64,000 bases of DNA. Source: the human T2T-CHM13v2.0 reference genome, Homo sapiens. The notes under the pieces are model-generated. The model worked only from the letters and a program-made list of their open reading frames with translations. It did not search any database and was not told the origin of the DNA. The stretch's first letter is position 1, and the number at the start of each line of letters is the position of its first letter. The position numbers and the translations under genes are program-made. Positions 1 through 15,744 of the stretch are shown here, in pieces. The DNA lies in assembly GCF_009914755.1 (NCBI RefSeq), contig NC_060925.1; one strand, given 5' to 3'.

Positions 1-115
1 ATCGCTTTAACCTGGGAGGTGGAGTTTATAGTGAGCCAAGATCGTGCCACTGCACTCCAGCCTGGGCACAGAGCAAGACTGTGTCTCAAAAAAAAAAAAA
101 AAAAGAAAAAAAAAA
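1..115 (+). mobile_element. Alu, 3' end of right arm with poly-A tail
   Basis: GCCACTGCACTCCAGCCTGGGC...GTCTC followed by a long A tail. Confidence 0.95.
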
Positions 116-116
116 T

Positions 117-889
<773 letters not shown>

Positions 890-1402
890 CATTGAAACTA
901 GAAGTAAAGGGTGGATGTGAACACAGATTAGCTTGTTAGGGGTCTGAGAAAGTTGCATTTGCCATAAATATTGTAGTGTATTGATTTATCAAACTGTCTG
1001 ATCTCCACGAAGGCAAGGACTTTATAAATATGGTGTGTGGTCTCTCAAAAGGGAGAAGGCATCAGGGGGCCAGGGAGTGAGGGTCGCAGAAAGAATCCCA
1101 GAGTTGTGGACAATGAACTTTTTCAACTTCACAGTTTAGCTGGGGCCCACTCTCAATAAGAAGAAATCTAGGAAGGAAAGCCAGGCCAAGAAAACTTTAA
1201 AACTATTCAAACTGACAGACTGACCCAGCACATGAGAATGAAGTTTGTCAAGTAAATGAACCCTTGGGATGCAATGGCGAGGGTGCCATAAACAAAGACA
1301 AGCCCTACCAACAGCCAGACAGCTGGTAACAAAGGCTGGGCTGTAAAAAGGTCTTTCTGGCTGCCCTTTTACACAGAAGTAGGAAAATCACACATTTCTT
1401 CT

Positions 1403-1586
1403 GGGTGTGAGAGTGATCTGGCTACAACATCTGTCACCCCATTGATTGCCAGGCTGGCTTCATTAGTTCTGGCTGGCTAGGCTGGGGTCTCCTTCATCCT
1501 AACCTTCCCATGTACATCTTTTCTTCAGCTGCATGCTGTCAAGAATAATATAGTTCTTAGCAGGGAATAACCCCACTTGACTCAAG
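1403..1586 (+). pseudogene. RN7SK: 7SK snRNA pseudogene fragment (5' ~185 nt)
   Basis: GGGTGTGAGAGTGATCTGGCTACAACATCTGTCACCCCATTGATTGCCAGG...CTGGCTGGCTAGGC matches the 7SK 5' end GGATGTGAGGGCGATCTGGCTGCGACATCTGTCACCCCATTGATCGCCAGG with CpG decay; similarity fades after ~1586. Confidence 0.85.
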
Positions 1587-3588
1587 AACCCCCTAAATAA
1601 TCTCTTAGTTCTGACATATTGTTCACCCTAAAGAATTATCTCTAATGTCAATGGCACCCAGAGTGGCTGAAGCCTCACAGGAAAAGAGGTTCTATCTCTG
1701 GAATTAAGGATTCAACAAGGGGGGTCCAAAGACTTTCAGGCGTTCGTTGAAGATTAAAAAGTCCAAAATATTAAGAGGAACATGGTCCAAACCACTGCTA
1801 TGAGGACGTAGTGGGATGTCACAAACGTTTGTCCTTCCTTTTCGTGTTTGTTGAGGAGGCAGTGCAGCTTTGTGGGCTTTAAAATCATTACTGTCTGCCC
1901 CAGGGCCTCTTGTCTTCATATTTTTGTGACTTAGTTACCATCTATGCACTGCTGATTCCCTGTCCAGAACTCATTCTAGTACTCCTGACCCTCCTATCAA
2001 TCTGCCTACAAGACTCTTCTACTTTAGTATTCCATAGACGAAAAATATTTATTTGACATCTACTATGTACCAAGTAGCGTCCCAATCTGAACTTATAATC
2101 TTCATTCTCCACAAAAGAAAACTGGATGAAATCTTGAGCCTACACCAAGGTTTTCAATTGAACTAATGTTGGGAGTATGTATAAAGTGCCAGGTACTGTC
2201 CCAGCCACTTCCACCTACAGATCTCATATAACCTTCACGCTGATCCAATGGAATAAGAATGAATACCCTCCATCTAACAGGCGAGAAAACAGATATATAA
2301 AAGTAATAGGTGCTTCCAAGAGTTTAGGATTTCAAGGATATTTCAAAAGAGATTTGGGGACATCACATGGGATTGCTGTTTATCTTAGCAAATAGAAACA
2401 GTTAAAAAAAATTAGTATAATTTCATAAAAGATAGGCTGTATTAAAAACAAAAAGTAAAAAGGAGAAAAAATATAAACATTCATTTAAGTTTAATAAATT
2501 TTGGTTTATGGAAAATTTATATTGTCCTTAGTTTTTTCATTTTGCTGTTAACCCGTGAAGGCCTAGCCATAGGTCTTAAATTTGGGGACTACTAATTTGA
2601 GTTACTTGTTTAGGGCTCCTAGATTGACTGACTGATAAATAGCTAGCTATCAGGGTTTCCTGATATTTGCATAAAGAACCAGGTTACATCTCTCTTTTTC
2701 AGCCATATTTCTTGGCAAATCCTAGGCAAATTAAATTATGTTGACTTGCCTTAAAAGATGTGAAACAGAGAACAGCTCGAGATCTACCTTAGGGGAGCTG
2801 TAGCTCATTCAGTGGGGTTGCTTTATATTTAGAAAATAAAAGAATTATAATCTTTGGCCTTTCTGGAAAAAAAAAACTTTGGGGATGTTACATTTTCTTC
2901 AGAGATAGAATAATAAACTTCTGGAGAAAACATTTTGTCATAACTGTATTTTGCAAAGATTATAAGATTATTCCAGAGTAGTATCAGAATAAATCAGAAA
3001 TGAGTGTAACAGGGCTTGAAATTCTAGTTTTCAGGGTAAACACAGTAATAATTTCCAAATTATAAACTAATGAAGACTTCCAAATTGTCAGAAACAATGA
3101 AAATTAGTTTTAGGTATACTTTCTAATAGTGAAATAAATTGATTTTTTTAAACTGTAACTAAATTTGGAAATTAAATACTACTCACTATACCCTGATGCT
3201 TAAAAGTCCTTAAAGAAGTCAAATAATACTGCTTGCTAGACCTAGCCTATTGGACTCTCGGCTCATTAACACTAAAAAATATATAATTTAGTATTTAGAG
3301 TGACAGGTATATTACTCAATTAATTTTTTGGTAATAAAATACCATTCAGTGAAGAAAGCAAGGCAAATATCAGCAATCAAGGTGAAATAGAAAGAAAGGT
3401 AGAAAGAAAACTATCAACAGTAATGTAATTAACATATTTGCAGTTGTGATTATTTTGGTAACTTTATCACATTTTTGGTCAAGTTAAAACACCTCAGCAA
3501 AAATTATTAGTTTGAATTGTCTAAAATTTTTGTTTTTCTGTAGGTCAAAAAAATGATCAAATGTCAGCTATTTCAAATAGTTCGAACT

Positions 3589-3735
3589 GCTGACCACAGT
3601 GGCTCACATCTTTAGTCCTAGCTACTCAGAAAGCTAAAGTGGGAGGATCACTTGAGCACAGGAAGGTACCACTCCAGCCTGGGTGACAGAGAAAGACCCT
3701 GTCTGTAAAAAATAATAATAATAAATAAAAAATAA
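3589..3735 (+). mobile_element. Degraded Alu monomer (FAM/FRAM-like)
   Basis: CAGTGGCTCAC...GGGAGGATCACTTGAG...CTCCAGCCTGGGTGACAGAG plus A/TAA tail. Confidence 0.75.
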
Positions 3736-3736
3736 G

Positions 3737-4195
3737 CTTTCTTTCGGCCTTAGCACCATCCTCTTGGAAACCTCTGCTCCATGAGAGCCAAGTGGAGGAA
3801 GAAGCAAATGTGCAGGCTGAAGCTCAAAAGATGAGGCACGGGTGTCCAAGTAAACCGCTAGCTTGTGCACCCATGGAGGCCCCAGGAGCAGAAACATGGA
3901 GTGCCAGAGGCTGGGGATGCCAGTATAAGTTGTTGGACAACATGCTACTGTCTAGAACTTGTCTCTCAAAGGACCTAGAAGTTCCATCACCATCTGATCA
4001 CCAAGACCACCTCTGAGAGACCTACCTTGCTCATACCAAAACAGTCCCTGTTGGTCATTTACCCTGGACCTGTAACATTCTGGGCTCATTTCTGTGTTCA
4101 CTTGTGGCCAAGTGTAACAAGCATACAGTAAATCACCTCTTCTGCTGTCTTGGTTGAAGAATCAAAAAAATCAAAAAATAAGAAATAAAAATAAA
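3737..4195 (+). pseudogene. RPL41: RPL41 processed pseudogene
   Basis: Pyrimidine-rich 5'UTR; ATG at 3781 reads [17 protein letters not shown] versus RPL41 [25 protein letters not shown]; RPL41-like 3'UTR (TAAACCGCTAGCTTGT...GGAGCAGAAACATGG...TAAATCACCTCTTC...TGAAGAAT); A-rich tail; no introns. Confidence 0.93.
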
Positions 4196-4828
4196 TTGTT
4201 AAGGAATAAATAGTTCAAACGAATATCTTATAATCCTCAATACATTTTAACTAGGTAAATTAAAACATTGTATTCATTTTTATACAGGAAAATGGGTAGA
4301 ACCTGTGACTGCTTTATGCCAGATTATCATGGGAGAATCAACAACAGAACTAGAAGTATGGACCATTAGAATAACAGATTATTAGTTACATTAATTCATC
4401 AAGTGCCTGACCCATGGGTCAGGCAAAATTGGAGTGAGGGAGCAGTGTGACATACTTTACAGAGAGTTGGACATTTAAAGTTTGCTGAGGAGAGTTTAAC
4501 CTCGGAAAGGCACAAAGAAAAGAAATAAAGCTACTTTTTTTTTTTTTTTTTTGCTTTTACTTCTATTGTCAAAGTGAAGTATTTGTTTTCTATTAAACAG
4601 AAACTGTTTTAATAAAGATGTGTTGACTTAATAAATTATATATGAATTCCCCAGCAAAGTCAGGCTTAGGCAGTAGTTTCATATGCTAATATCAACAACC
4701 AAAGCACTTTCCGTCAGGGACTTAGACTGAGTGAAGTTTAATGAATTGACATTGCAGCAAAGTATCCACTTTAATAACAAGTCTGATCATTCTTCTTCCT
4801 TGCCTGTCTTGTTCAACACTACAACCCA

Positions 4829-5247
4829 GTCTTAGTCCATTCATGCTGCTATAACAAAATATCTTAGATTGGGTAATTAGTAAACAACAGAAATGTATTC
4901 CTCAAATTTCTGGAGGCTAGGAAATCGAAATCCAAGATCAAGGCTCCAGCAGATATGATGTCTGGTGAAGGCTTGTTCTCTGCTTCATAACAGAGCCTTG
5001 TTGCTGCGTCCTCGCAGAGCAGAAAGCAGAGGGCACAAGAAGTGAACACTGTGTCCTCACATGGCTGATGAGATGGAAGTGCCTAGCAGCCTGAAGCCTT
5101 TTTCATAAGGGCATTAATCCCATTCACAAGGGAGGAGCCCTCGTGACTTAATCACTTCCCAAAGGCCTCACCTCTTAATACCATCATCTTGGGGTTTAAG
5201 TTCCAACATATGAATTTTGGAGGGACACATATATTCAAACCTTAGCC
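4829..5247 (-). mobile_element. MaLR LTR (MST/MLT1A group)
   Basis: TCTTAGTCCATTCATGCTGCTATAACAAAAT...AATCACTTCCCAAAGGCC...CAAACCTTAGC. Confidence 0.85.
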
Positions 5248-5484
5248 ATCCCCATTCTGGCAAATAATAAGCCCTCAATAAATATTTGTTGTATGAACAA
5301 ATTAGCTGGTGCTTGGTCCTCAAATATAGTATAATAATTTCTGCCAAAAAAAAAGTTCACAATGTTTATTACTACTTATAAACTTTTCAACAAACAGTAA
5401 AAATGACCATAAATTCATTAATTCTGACATCTTCCCCTGCCAAATAGTACTATTATCTCTCAATTGGATTTTTAAATTTAATTT

Positions 5485-5893
<409 letters not shown>

Positions 5894-6780
5894 ACCACAA
5901 GCCAAACAAAATCTATATAAAGTGTTAACTAAAGAAATATTTTAAGCATTTAAATATTTGTTGAAACATTCTAATTCTTATGTAATTTATATGTACATCT
6001 TATATACTAGAAATGTAATCAGAACTGCATGTATACAAAAACTGTGCTTCTTTTTTTGCCTATAATATAGTACTGTATCGCTAGTTCAAAAAGTTGCTAT
6101 AAGAATTAATGAATTATGTAAGAAAGAAATTTTAAGTATAAAAGAGCCTATTCTAAGTGAAAACATTATTATAACAATCCTACCTCCTTATCTAATTATA
6201 ATGCGAAGAACCATTTTACAAGGCAACTTGTAAGCTTCAAAATAGTCTGATTAAAAAAATGTTTTAGACTATATATTAGGCAAAAGAGAAAATCTAATTT
6301 TAGTGTTATTAAATGATTGAAAATAAAAGCACTGTCAATACAAGTATTCCAACTGCCAGAGTTCTATAGGCCAGATAATAATTTTAAATAATAGTTACAT
6401 TGTTAATTGTTGAAATAATATGTAATAGTCTTTTTTCTCCTCAATCATTAAAATCTTATATAATATGCTAATAATAATTTGTCACTAAGACAGGTATTTT
6501 TCTAAGTAATGTATCACCAAACCACATTTTGTTTCTAGTGTCATCTGCTGAAATCAATCCATGTTATAAAATGACACATTGGCTAAAAACTTGATAAACT
6601 TTGGAATGAAGTTCACTGACTGCTACTAAAAATAGACCCATTTTAATTTTTTCAACAAATTTAATAGGAGCATGGTGATAGAAGTACATTAGGATAATAG
6701 AAATTCACCCTACATTAGTTTTTAATGAATCTTAGATATCACAATTCTTTCATATTCCAAAATTTAATTAGTCTTCAAAA

Positions 6781-7030
6781 ATAATAACTACCATTTCTTG
6801 AGCTCTTACAACATGCAAGATACTGTGCTAATAACTTTACATACTTCACAGAGTCTTCCAAACAATCTTATGCAATGCTGTACATAATAATTAGTGTCCC
6901 CATTGTACAGAAATGGAAACTGAGACTCAGAAGACTAAGAAATTTGTTGTAAATATTAGATAAATAATAGAAGAGCTGGGATTTGAATACATCAGGTGTA
7001 TCTGATTCCAAAACCTGTGCTGTTAACCAA
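6781..7030 (-). mobile_element. MIR
   Basis: Core CCCATTGTACAGAAATGGAAACTGAGACTCAGA...GAGCTGGGATTTGAA. Confidence 0.75.
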
Positions 7031-7070
7031 TATGACGTATTACCCATGTAATTTTAAGAAAACAAAGTCC

Positions 7071-7420
<350 letters not shown>

Positions 7421-8409
7421 TCAACAAAGTAGAAATATAAAATTAGGTAAGGTATGGAAAAAAAAGAAAAAGATGTTGTTAATTGTTAAAGAGAGAAGGA
7501 AATGTAAACCATGGTAAGATTCTCAAAGGTATATTTACAAAATAAGATAAATGAATTTTCATTTTTAATAAATCATTTTCTTTTGGTAATATTTGAAGAT
7601 GATTGCAGAGAATGATTCTTTTCAGAGTTTCTTGATTAACACATTTTTCATTCTAGATTAAAAATTCAAGGTTTTTTAATCATCTTGTTTATTTACACCT
7701 GTGTAGTGGTTTCACTAAATTATGTACATACTTTTTAATAAGCATTTGATAACAAGAATCAAATATTTGTGAGGAAATGAAGTATACTTATTTAAGCTTC
7801 GCATCATCATTTCTCCTCCATGGGAAATTAAGTTATTTTCACATGACCGAAAAAATTCATGACACACAATTAAAAAACAACAAACAAGGGTCACATTTTA
7901 TAAGGCAGCAATTATGTTCATGTGGTATCAGTATAATTGAAAGACAGAAGACATTTCATTCGTTAGTAACACAGAGTTTCTTCTAGTGGGTTTCCTGGAG
8001 CTCATTAGATATTCCCTGGCTGATTCTCCTAAGTAATTAGATTTTAACAGGATTTTCAACAGATCAGAGCAATCTCTGTGGGTGCCAATAGAAGAGTCCC
8101 CCTCTGGCCTTACCAGCAGGGCAGAGCAGATAATATCCAGACTGGGAGTTAATAGGACAATTACTGGCCTCTTTTAAATGAGTTACATTAATGCACTTAA
8201 GCTAAATGGCTCTGCATATGATTAAATATTAACATTTGCAAAATATGAAATCACAATATGCAATCAAGTTTTGTTGTTTTAATTTCCCCCAAGAAAGATT
8301 TCAATTGTTTACATAAATACCTTTAAATATTGTATATTAAACATTTTTAGGATATACTAATAGAAAGTTGGAAATCATTCCTCTCACTTAGGAGCCCTAA
8401 AATATACTG

Positions 8410-9630
8410 ACCTTCAGGATGCCATTTCTGGCTGAGATGGAGTAACTAAAAAAATCAGATAAATATATGAAATAATATTTATCAGACATTAGATAACAGC
8501 CAATACAGGACAATGATCTCTGAGAGGAAAGGAAAGAAATGAGATGGTTTTCCTGAGTTGAGAGACAAAGTGGAGAAGTTAGGCAAGCCAAGGTGGCTGG
8601 AATTCACCAGACAAATAGAAGACAATAGTATCAAAACACCAAAGGAAAAGAACCCAAAGATCTGTGGAGGGTCCCCCTTAAGTCTTAAGCTTAGTGTTGA
8701 TCAGCACATGCATGTGAGGCAACCACTCAAATTTGGAAAAAGAACCACTTTTCCAGGAGCAGGTCAAATAATTTTCAGAGCTCACAGAGGCCTGGGAATA
8801 GTTCACATTCTCAACAGCCAGAGTTAAAAATGAACACCTCAGAATATATAAGGCAACAGGCAGATATTGTCTCAGTAGTTGGGGCAAAGTAGCCCTAAAC
8901 TAAAAGTTGCTCTGGTCCTACCTAACAAAACCTAAGACAAATGTCAAAAGGATGAATCTATTTTTAAATTATTTGAAAACTCTAAAACAAAGCTCAATAA
9001 TATTTAGGAATACAAAAGAATCCACCACCAAACAATGTAAATTTCACAATGTCTAGCCCCAAATTCACAAAATCATGAAAGTAGTCAGAAAATATGACTT
9101 AAAATCATAAGAAAAAAATCAATCAGTAGAAGCAGACCAAGAAATTATCAAGATTAGAAATTAGGAAAAAGGAACATTAAAACAATGATTAGAAATATAT
9201 TTCATATTATAAAAAAGAGAGGAAAGCATAAGCATGGTAAAAAGAGACATGGTAGATATAAAAATAACCTAAGTCAAACTTCTGAAGATGAAAAATACAA
9301 TGTCTTAGGTAAAGAAAAAAAAACCATGTAGAATTAAAAATAGTTTAATACTGCAGACAAAAAAAAAATGTACAGAACATCATTGAGCTGTGCGACAATT
9401 TTAAGCAGCCTAATATATGAGTAATTGAAGTCCCAAAAGGAGAAGAGAGAGTGGAAGGGAAGAGAAAAGCAGTTTGAAGAAACAATGACCCCAAAATTTT
9501 TAATTTTGATTAAAACAACACAACCATGAAACATGAAAAAAGCTATACAAAGGCATATCAGTAATTAAATAGCCTAAAATACACTGAATTTAAGTGAATT
9601 TTGAAAATATTTTAAATGTCTCCCGCAAAA
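8410..9630 (+). mobile_element. Ancient L1M 5'/ORF1-region fragment
   Basis: Very A-rich; ORF1-like remnants such as GCAGCCTAATATATGAGTAATTGAAGTCCCAAAAGGAGAAGAGAGAG. Confidence 0.6.
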
Positions 9631-9639
9631 AACAAAATA

Positions 9640-9925
9640 CAGTTGGTCCTCAAACAATGTGAGTTTGAACTGAGTGGGTCCACTTAACACAATAATTTTT
9701 TGCAATAAGTATAGTCAGCCCTCCATACCAGCCAGTTCCAAATTCACAACCAAACACAGATTGAAAATTCAGTATTGGAGGGATGCAAATCCCACGTGTA
9801 AAGAGGGCCGACTTTGCATATCCACGATTTCTGCAGTACCGATGGCGGGACTGGAGTATGAGCAGATTTTGGTATCCACAAGTGGTTCTGGAACAAATTC
9901 CCCACAGATACTGAGGAACGACTAA
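9640..9925. mobile_element. TcMar-Tigger non-autonomous element (MER2/MER8 group)
   Basis: TA-CAGTTGGTCCTCAAACAA...GTTTGAACTG...GGGTCCAC start and GGAACAAATTCCCCACAGATACTGAGGAACGACT end (degenerate TIRs). Confidence 0.75.
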
Positions 9926-9972
9926 ACGGCCTAGACCTGATCCAAAGTCAGTTTTGTGCTTTGTTCCTATGA

Positions 9973-10288
<316 letters not shown>

Positions 10289-10840
10289 GCCCATAATATT
10301 TTCTAGAAAGAATTTTCAACCTAATACACTTAATTTTGCCACTGAGTATAAGAGATTTCAGAAATTTTTAATGAATTATACTCTTTATTTATAGACCTTA
10401 TAAAATGATGTTTCCTGTTCTTCTTATAATAGTAGTACTTAGCCTCAGACGTCGAAACATTACTATAAAATATCAAATTAGGCCCCTGTCAGTGCAGAGG
10501 CAGAAGCCTGAACCAGACAAATAAGTACTGTGAGCATTACCTCTATGCCTTAATTGGCTCTTATTCACTTGGACATAGGGAATAAGATGAGTAAGAGAAT
10601 CTTCCCACTTATTAGGCCCTCATAAAATCATTATAACTAGTTCAGGTATTCATGATCCAGAAAGAAATGGAATCTGTGCATATAGGGTCTTACAAAGAGG
10701 TGGTGACCAGCTGCAACTTTTCTTTCATGAGACTCAAAACTAGAGGCTTAGATTCGATCATAAGAAAAAGCTTCCTGACATTGGAATGGATTAAAAACAA
10801 AAATAGTGGAATTTTCTGAAAATTTCAAATTCTGTTTCTG

Positions 10841-11160
10841 GTTGGTTGGTTTGTGAGACAGGGTCTCACTCTGTCGCCCAGACTGAAATGCAGTGGCACA
10901 ATACAGGGCTCATGCAGCCTCGACCTCCTGGGCTCAAGTGATCCTCCCGCCTCAGTCTCCTGTGTTGCTAGGACTACAGGCACCTGCCACCATGGCTGGT
11001 TAATTTTTTTTTTAAATTTTTTATAGAGATAAGGTCTCTCTATAAAAGAGACCTTTTATGTGTTGCCTAGGTGGGTCTCAAACTGCTGGACTCATGTAGT
11101 TCTCCTACCTCGGCCTCCCAAAGTGCTGGGTTCACAGGTATGAGTCACCACGCCCAGCCC
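10841..11160 (-). mobile_element. AluJ
   Basis: Diverged dimeric Alu with GGGCTCAAGTGATCCTCCCGCC. Confidence 0.9.
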
Positions 11161-11586
11161 AGTTTCTGTTTTGACTAGATGGTTTGGATATAATCCTAGT
11201 AAAATCTGATGTACACCCAACTTGCCTTTTCTACAAGTCTGTGAACAGTTGATTGGTTGAAATGATACCTAAATGTCTTAGGTTGAGCCACAACAAGCTC
11301 CACTAACTTTCAATAGTAAAGCTTAGAGCATGTCTGTAGCCCTAAAAAATGTGAGAATATTCAGATCAACTTTCTGTGTTGAATTTCATCTCCTCATTTC
11401 TATTTGTTCATCTACAAGTTTATTTCTGTAATTCTATTTTTACTTATGGAGATTTCAAATGTCTATATCTTGCTTTATTTAATTGAAGTATTCCAGACAC
11501 CTTAGGTTGGAACAGAACTTTTTCTATCTATTTATACTTCAGGGGCATTTAGGGAACTTGTTGTTTAAAAGAAATCATTTTCTGAT

Positions 11587-12260
11587 TTTTTTTTTTTTTT
11601 TGGAAACAGGGTTTTACTTCTGTTTCCCAGGCCGGAGAACAGTGGGGCGGGTCTGCATGCCACAGTTCACTGTGGCCTTAACTTACGGGGCTCAGGTGAT
11701 TTTCCCATCTCAGCCTCCTGAATAGCTGTGACTACAGGCGTATGCCACCAAGCCTCACTAATTTTTTTGTTTTCTTTGTAGAGGTGTTGCCCAGGCTGGT
11801 CTCGAACTCCTGGGCTCAAGCAATCCACCCACTTTGGCCTCCCAAAGGGCTGAAATGACAGGCGTGAGCCACCCTGCCTGGCCCATTTTCTGAATTTTTT
11901 GGTCTAAATCTGATTTTTAGATATCAAATTTGCTTAATACAAGGTACACGGCCAGGCACAGTGGCTCACGCCTGTAATCCCAGCACTTTAAGAGGCCAAT
12001 GCAGGCAAATCACTTGAGGTCAGCAGTTTGAGACCAGCCTGACCAACATGGTAAAACCCCATTTCTACTAAAAATACAAAAATTAGCCAGGCGTGGTGGC
12101 ACACCCTTGTAATCCCAGCTACTTGGGAGGCTGAGGTGCGAGGATCACTTGAACCCCGGGAGGTAGAAGTTGCAGTGAGCTGAGATCGTGCCACTGCACT
12201 CCAGCCTGGGCAACAGAGTGAAACTCCATCTCAAAACAAAACAAAACAAAACAAAATAAA
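11587..12260. mobile_element. Head-to-head Alu pair: AluJ (-) 11587-11883 and AluS (+) 11949-12260
   Basis: Second copy has TSD ACAAGGTACAC. Confidence 0.9.
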
Positions 12261-12981
12261 CAAGGTACACAAAACTAAATTGTTAAAGTATATTTGCAGA
12301 CCTGGATGAAAGATGGTACCTTTATATAATTTGCTGAGTACTATCCATGGACAATGGAAATTGTAGTATCACAAAATACATAGAGATAACGAAGCAAACA
12401 ATGAGTTTTAGAAAATGGGTTGAGATAACCTGGCCAAGTAGATTATATTAATCACACTGAGACCCACATGAAATCAGCATTTGCAAAGGACCTCAAGGAT
12501 GTCAAACAGCTGGCCTGAATTAGACTCTAATTCCCCTTTCATTATCCCTCTTTGAGAGTTTTCAGGCCTATTTTACACAATGAACTTGAAAGACATTGGT
12601 AAGAGGCGTATTTATAGATTTGATTGGTCCAGTGGGCATTTGAGTATGTCCTACTAAAACATAAAGCATTGAAAGAAAGGAAAGACAAGACTAATACACA
12701 TGAAAGAGGGTAAAGGATAATATACTCCCATGGCTAATTGTGTGCTTTTTGAATTACCAGAAAGTAGAATTAAAACCTAAGAGTTGTAGCCACAGGAGGA
12801 CAAAGTTAGGCCCAATATAAGACTAAACTTTCTAATAGTCTAAGCCAAATGAAAATCAAAGGCCAAGTTTCTCATCACTCTAAGTGTGTAAACATAGACT
12901 GACCATTTGGCAGGGATTTTGTAGATTAGATTCAAGTGTTGTATTGGTGATTGAATTAGAAAACATTTAAAAACCTAATCT

Positions 12982-13468
12982 TGGCCGGGCACGGTGGCTC
13001 ATGCCTGTAATCCCAGTGCTTTGGGAGGCCGAGGCAGGCAGATAACTTGAGCTCAGGAGTTCAAGACCAGCCTGGCCAAGATGGTGAAACCCATCTCTAC
13101 TAAAAATACAAAAATTAGCCGGGCATGGTGGTGCGTGCCTGTAGTCCAAGCTACTCGGGAGGCTGAGGCAAGAGAATTGCTTAAACCCAGGAGGTGGAAG
13201 TTGCAGTGAGCCGAGATGCGCCACTGCACTCCAGTCTGGGAGACAGGGCAAGACTCCATCTCAAAAAAACAAAAACAAAAACATAATCTTAAAGCAGGCA
13301 CAGTGGTGCATTCCTGTAGTCCCGGTTGCTCAGGAGGTTGAGGAAGAAAGATTGCTTGAGCCAGGAGCTTGAAGGTGCAGTACACTATAATCGAACCTGT
13401 GAATAGCCACCACACTCCAGCCTGGGCAACATAATGAGACCTCATCTCTGAAAAAAACAAAACAAAAA
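12982..13468 (+). mobile_element. AluS followed by an Alu monomer
   Basis: Dimer 12982-13282, monomer 13293-13468. Confidence 0.9.
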
Positions 13469-14463
13469 CCTTAATCTGTAAGTCTTTCTAAACATTCAGA
13501 TAATCCGACTCTATGATCCTAAATGCTCTGGTGGTCAGACAAGGGGCTTCCTTTGCCTCAACTTTTTCCACAGGAAAAATATCTCCCCCTTTCTTGCATA
13601 TAGAAAATATTGGACTGGAAGGAGGAAATCTAGGGTAGTTCTGGCTCCATCACTAATTTGTTGGGTGACTGAACAAGTCACTTAATATTTCTTGGTTTTG
13701 TTACCTGCAAGTGTGGCCTGGGGGCTCTAAAGACATGTCACAAGAGTTATGCTACTTTATAGACTTTGCTTCTTCAAGTCTCCAACTCTTAGCTGAATGT
13801 CCACCCAACACCTTGCTAGAGCAACCAACCAAGATTCTGTTTGTGACATTCAGAAAAATGCAAAATCTCTAGCGTTATAACTCCATGTTGCTGATGTGGG
13901 AAATCTTATGGTCATAACTGACTTCTATCTGTTAGCTCCACCCATATTTATTCATGGTGGCCAATCACAGAGAAAGGTCCTAGACACTACTCCATTTATC
14001 AATGACCTTCACAGACCAGCTCAAACATTTCATTTTCAGATTGTGTTACCAAACAGTTTCACATTCCTGATTAAGAGTCATATTGCCCCTGCTTCTGAAG
14101 CAAAGCTTCATGCTATAATCATTTAAAAAGAGCAAGCAAATAGATAAGCTCCAAGTTCTTCAAGTTTTTAGAACTTACTTGCTATTACAATATTCTAAAA
14201 TATTAGTTGTATCATTTACTGCTGCTTCCAAAATAAATATAGAGAGAATATTACCAAGAGACATGTTAACTGAATCACTCTGAAGAAAATGCTAAATATG
14301 GCACAGAAAAATGAGTAAAACTAATTCTTTTCTTGCAGCAACTCATCAAAATTGACTGTCTAGTCATTTGTGTATACCTAACGCTAAGTTGCTAAGTTCA
14401 GAAGCAATCTCACTAAAATGAGAAAACACTCCCACTGGCTTAATTTTCTCTGTCTAATGTTCA

Positions 14464-14870
<407 letters not shown>

Positions 14871-15345
14871 TCTACTACAAAAAAAATTATCAAAATAAAC
14901 TAAACTCTAACTTCTTACTAGAGGATCAGATCAGTCTTTTGCGAAATCTAGTTGCTAAATGTTTTAAGTCATTTTGGGAAAATCAGCATTCCTTGTTGTG
15001 CAATGTCTACTTCATGCTGTCCTCTGCCTCTAGAAAATTTTTCTTAAGGGAGTGAGACCACAATCAAGCATTACCCAACTTCCTGTCTGTCACTGAGAAA
15101 TACTCAGGTAAGAGAAAAAGAACTAAGGGTGGCTAAATAGTAAGAAAAGCCTGCCCTCAGTAACTATTAGATTCAAAAGTGAATAAAAATAATGCCATAG
15201 GTATGGCACTTTAAACATTTCAATGTGTTAATGTCCATGATTTCACTCGATACACTAGTAACCTTATCAGGTGGCATAAAGTATGGGCCCTCATTTATAG
15301 AAAGGGAAAATAAGACAAAGCACTTGCCTTGTCACACAATGAGCT

Positions 15346-15744
15346 TGCCATGGACTGAATTATGTTCCCCAACTCCATACCCAAATTCATATTTCGAAGG
15401 CTTAACCTCCAGTGTGACTGTATTTGGAGATAGGGCCTTCAAGGAGGTAATTCAGGTTAAATGAGGTCATAAAGCTGGGGTCCTGATACCATACAATTAG
15501 TGTCCTTATAAGAAGAGATGCCCTCTCTGTCTCTCTGCATACACACACACAGAAGAGGTCATGTGAGCATACAGTGAGATGGTGGCCACCTAGAAGGCAG
15601 GAAGGGAGGCCTCACAAGAAACTCACCATGCTGGCACCTTGATCTTGGACTTCCAGCCTCCAGATCTTTGAGGAAATAAATGTCTGTTGTTTAAAGCTAC
15701 CCAGGCTATAGTATTTCGTTATAGCAGCCTAAGTTGAGTGAAAC
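15346..15744 (+). mobile_element. MaLR LTR (MLT1A/B)
   Basis: TGCCATGGACTGAATTATGTTCCCC...GGCACCTTGATCTTGGACTTCCAGCCTCCAGA...AATAAA...GTTATAGCAGCC. Confidence 0.85.
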
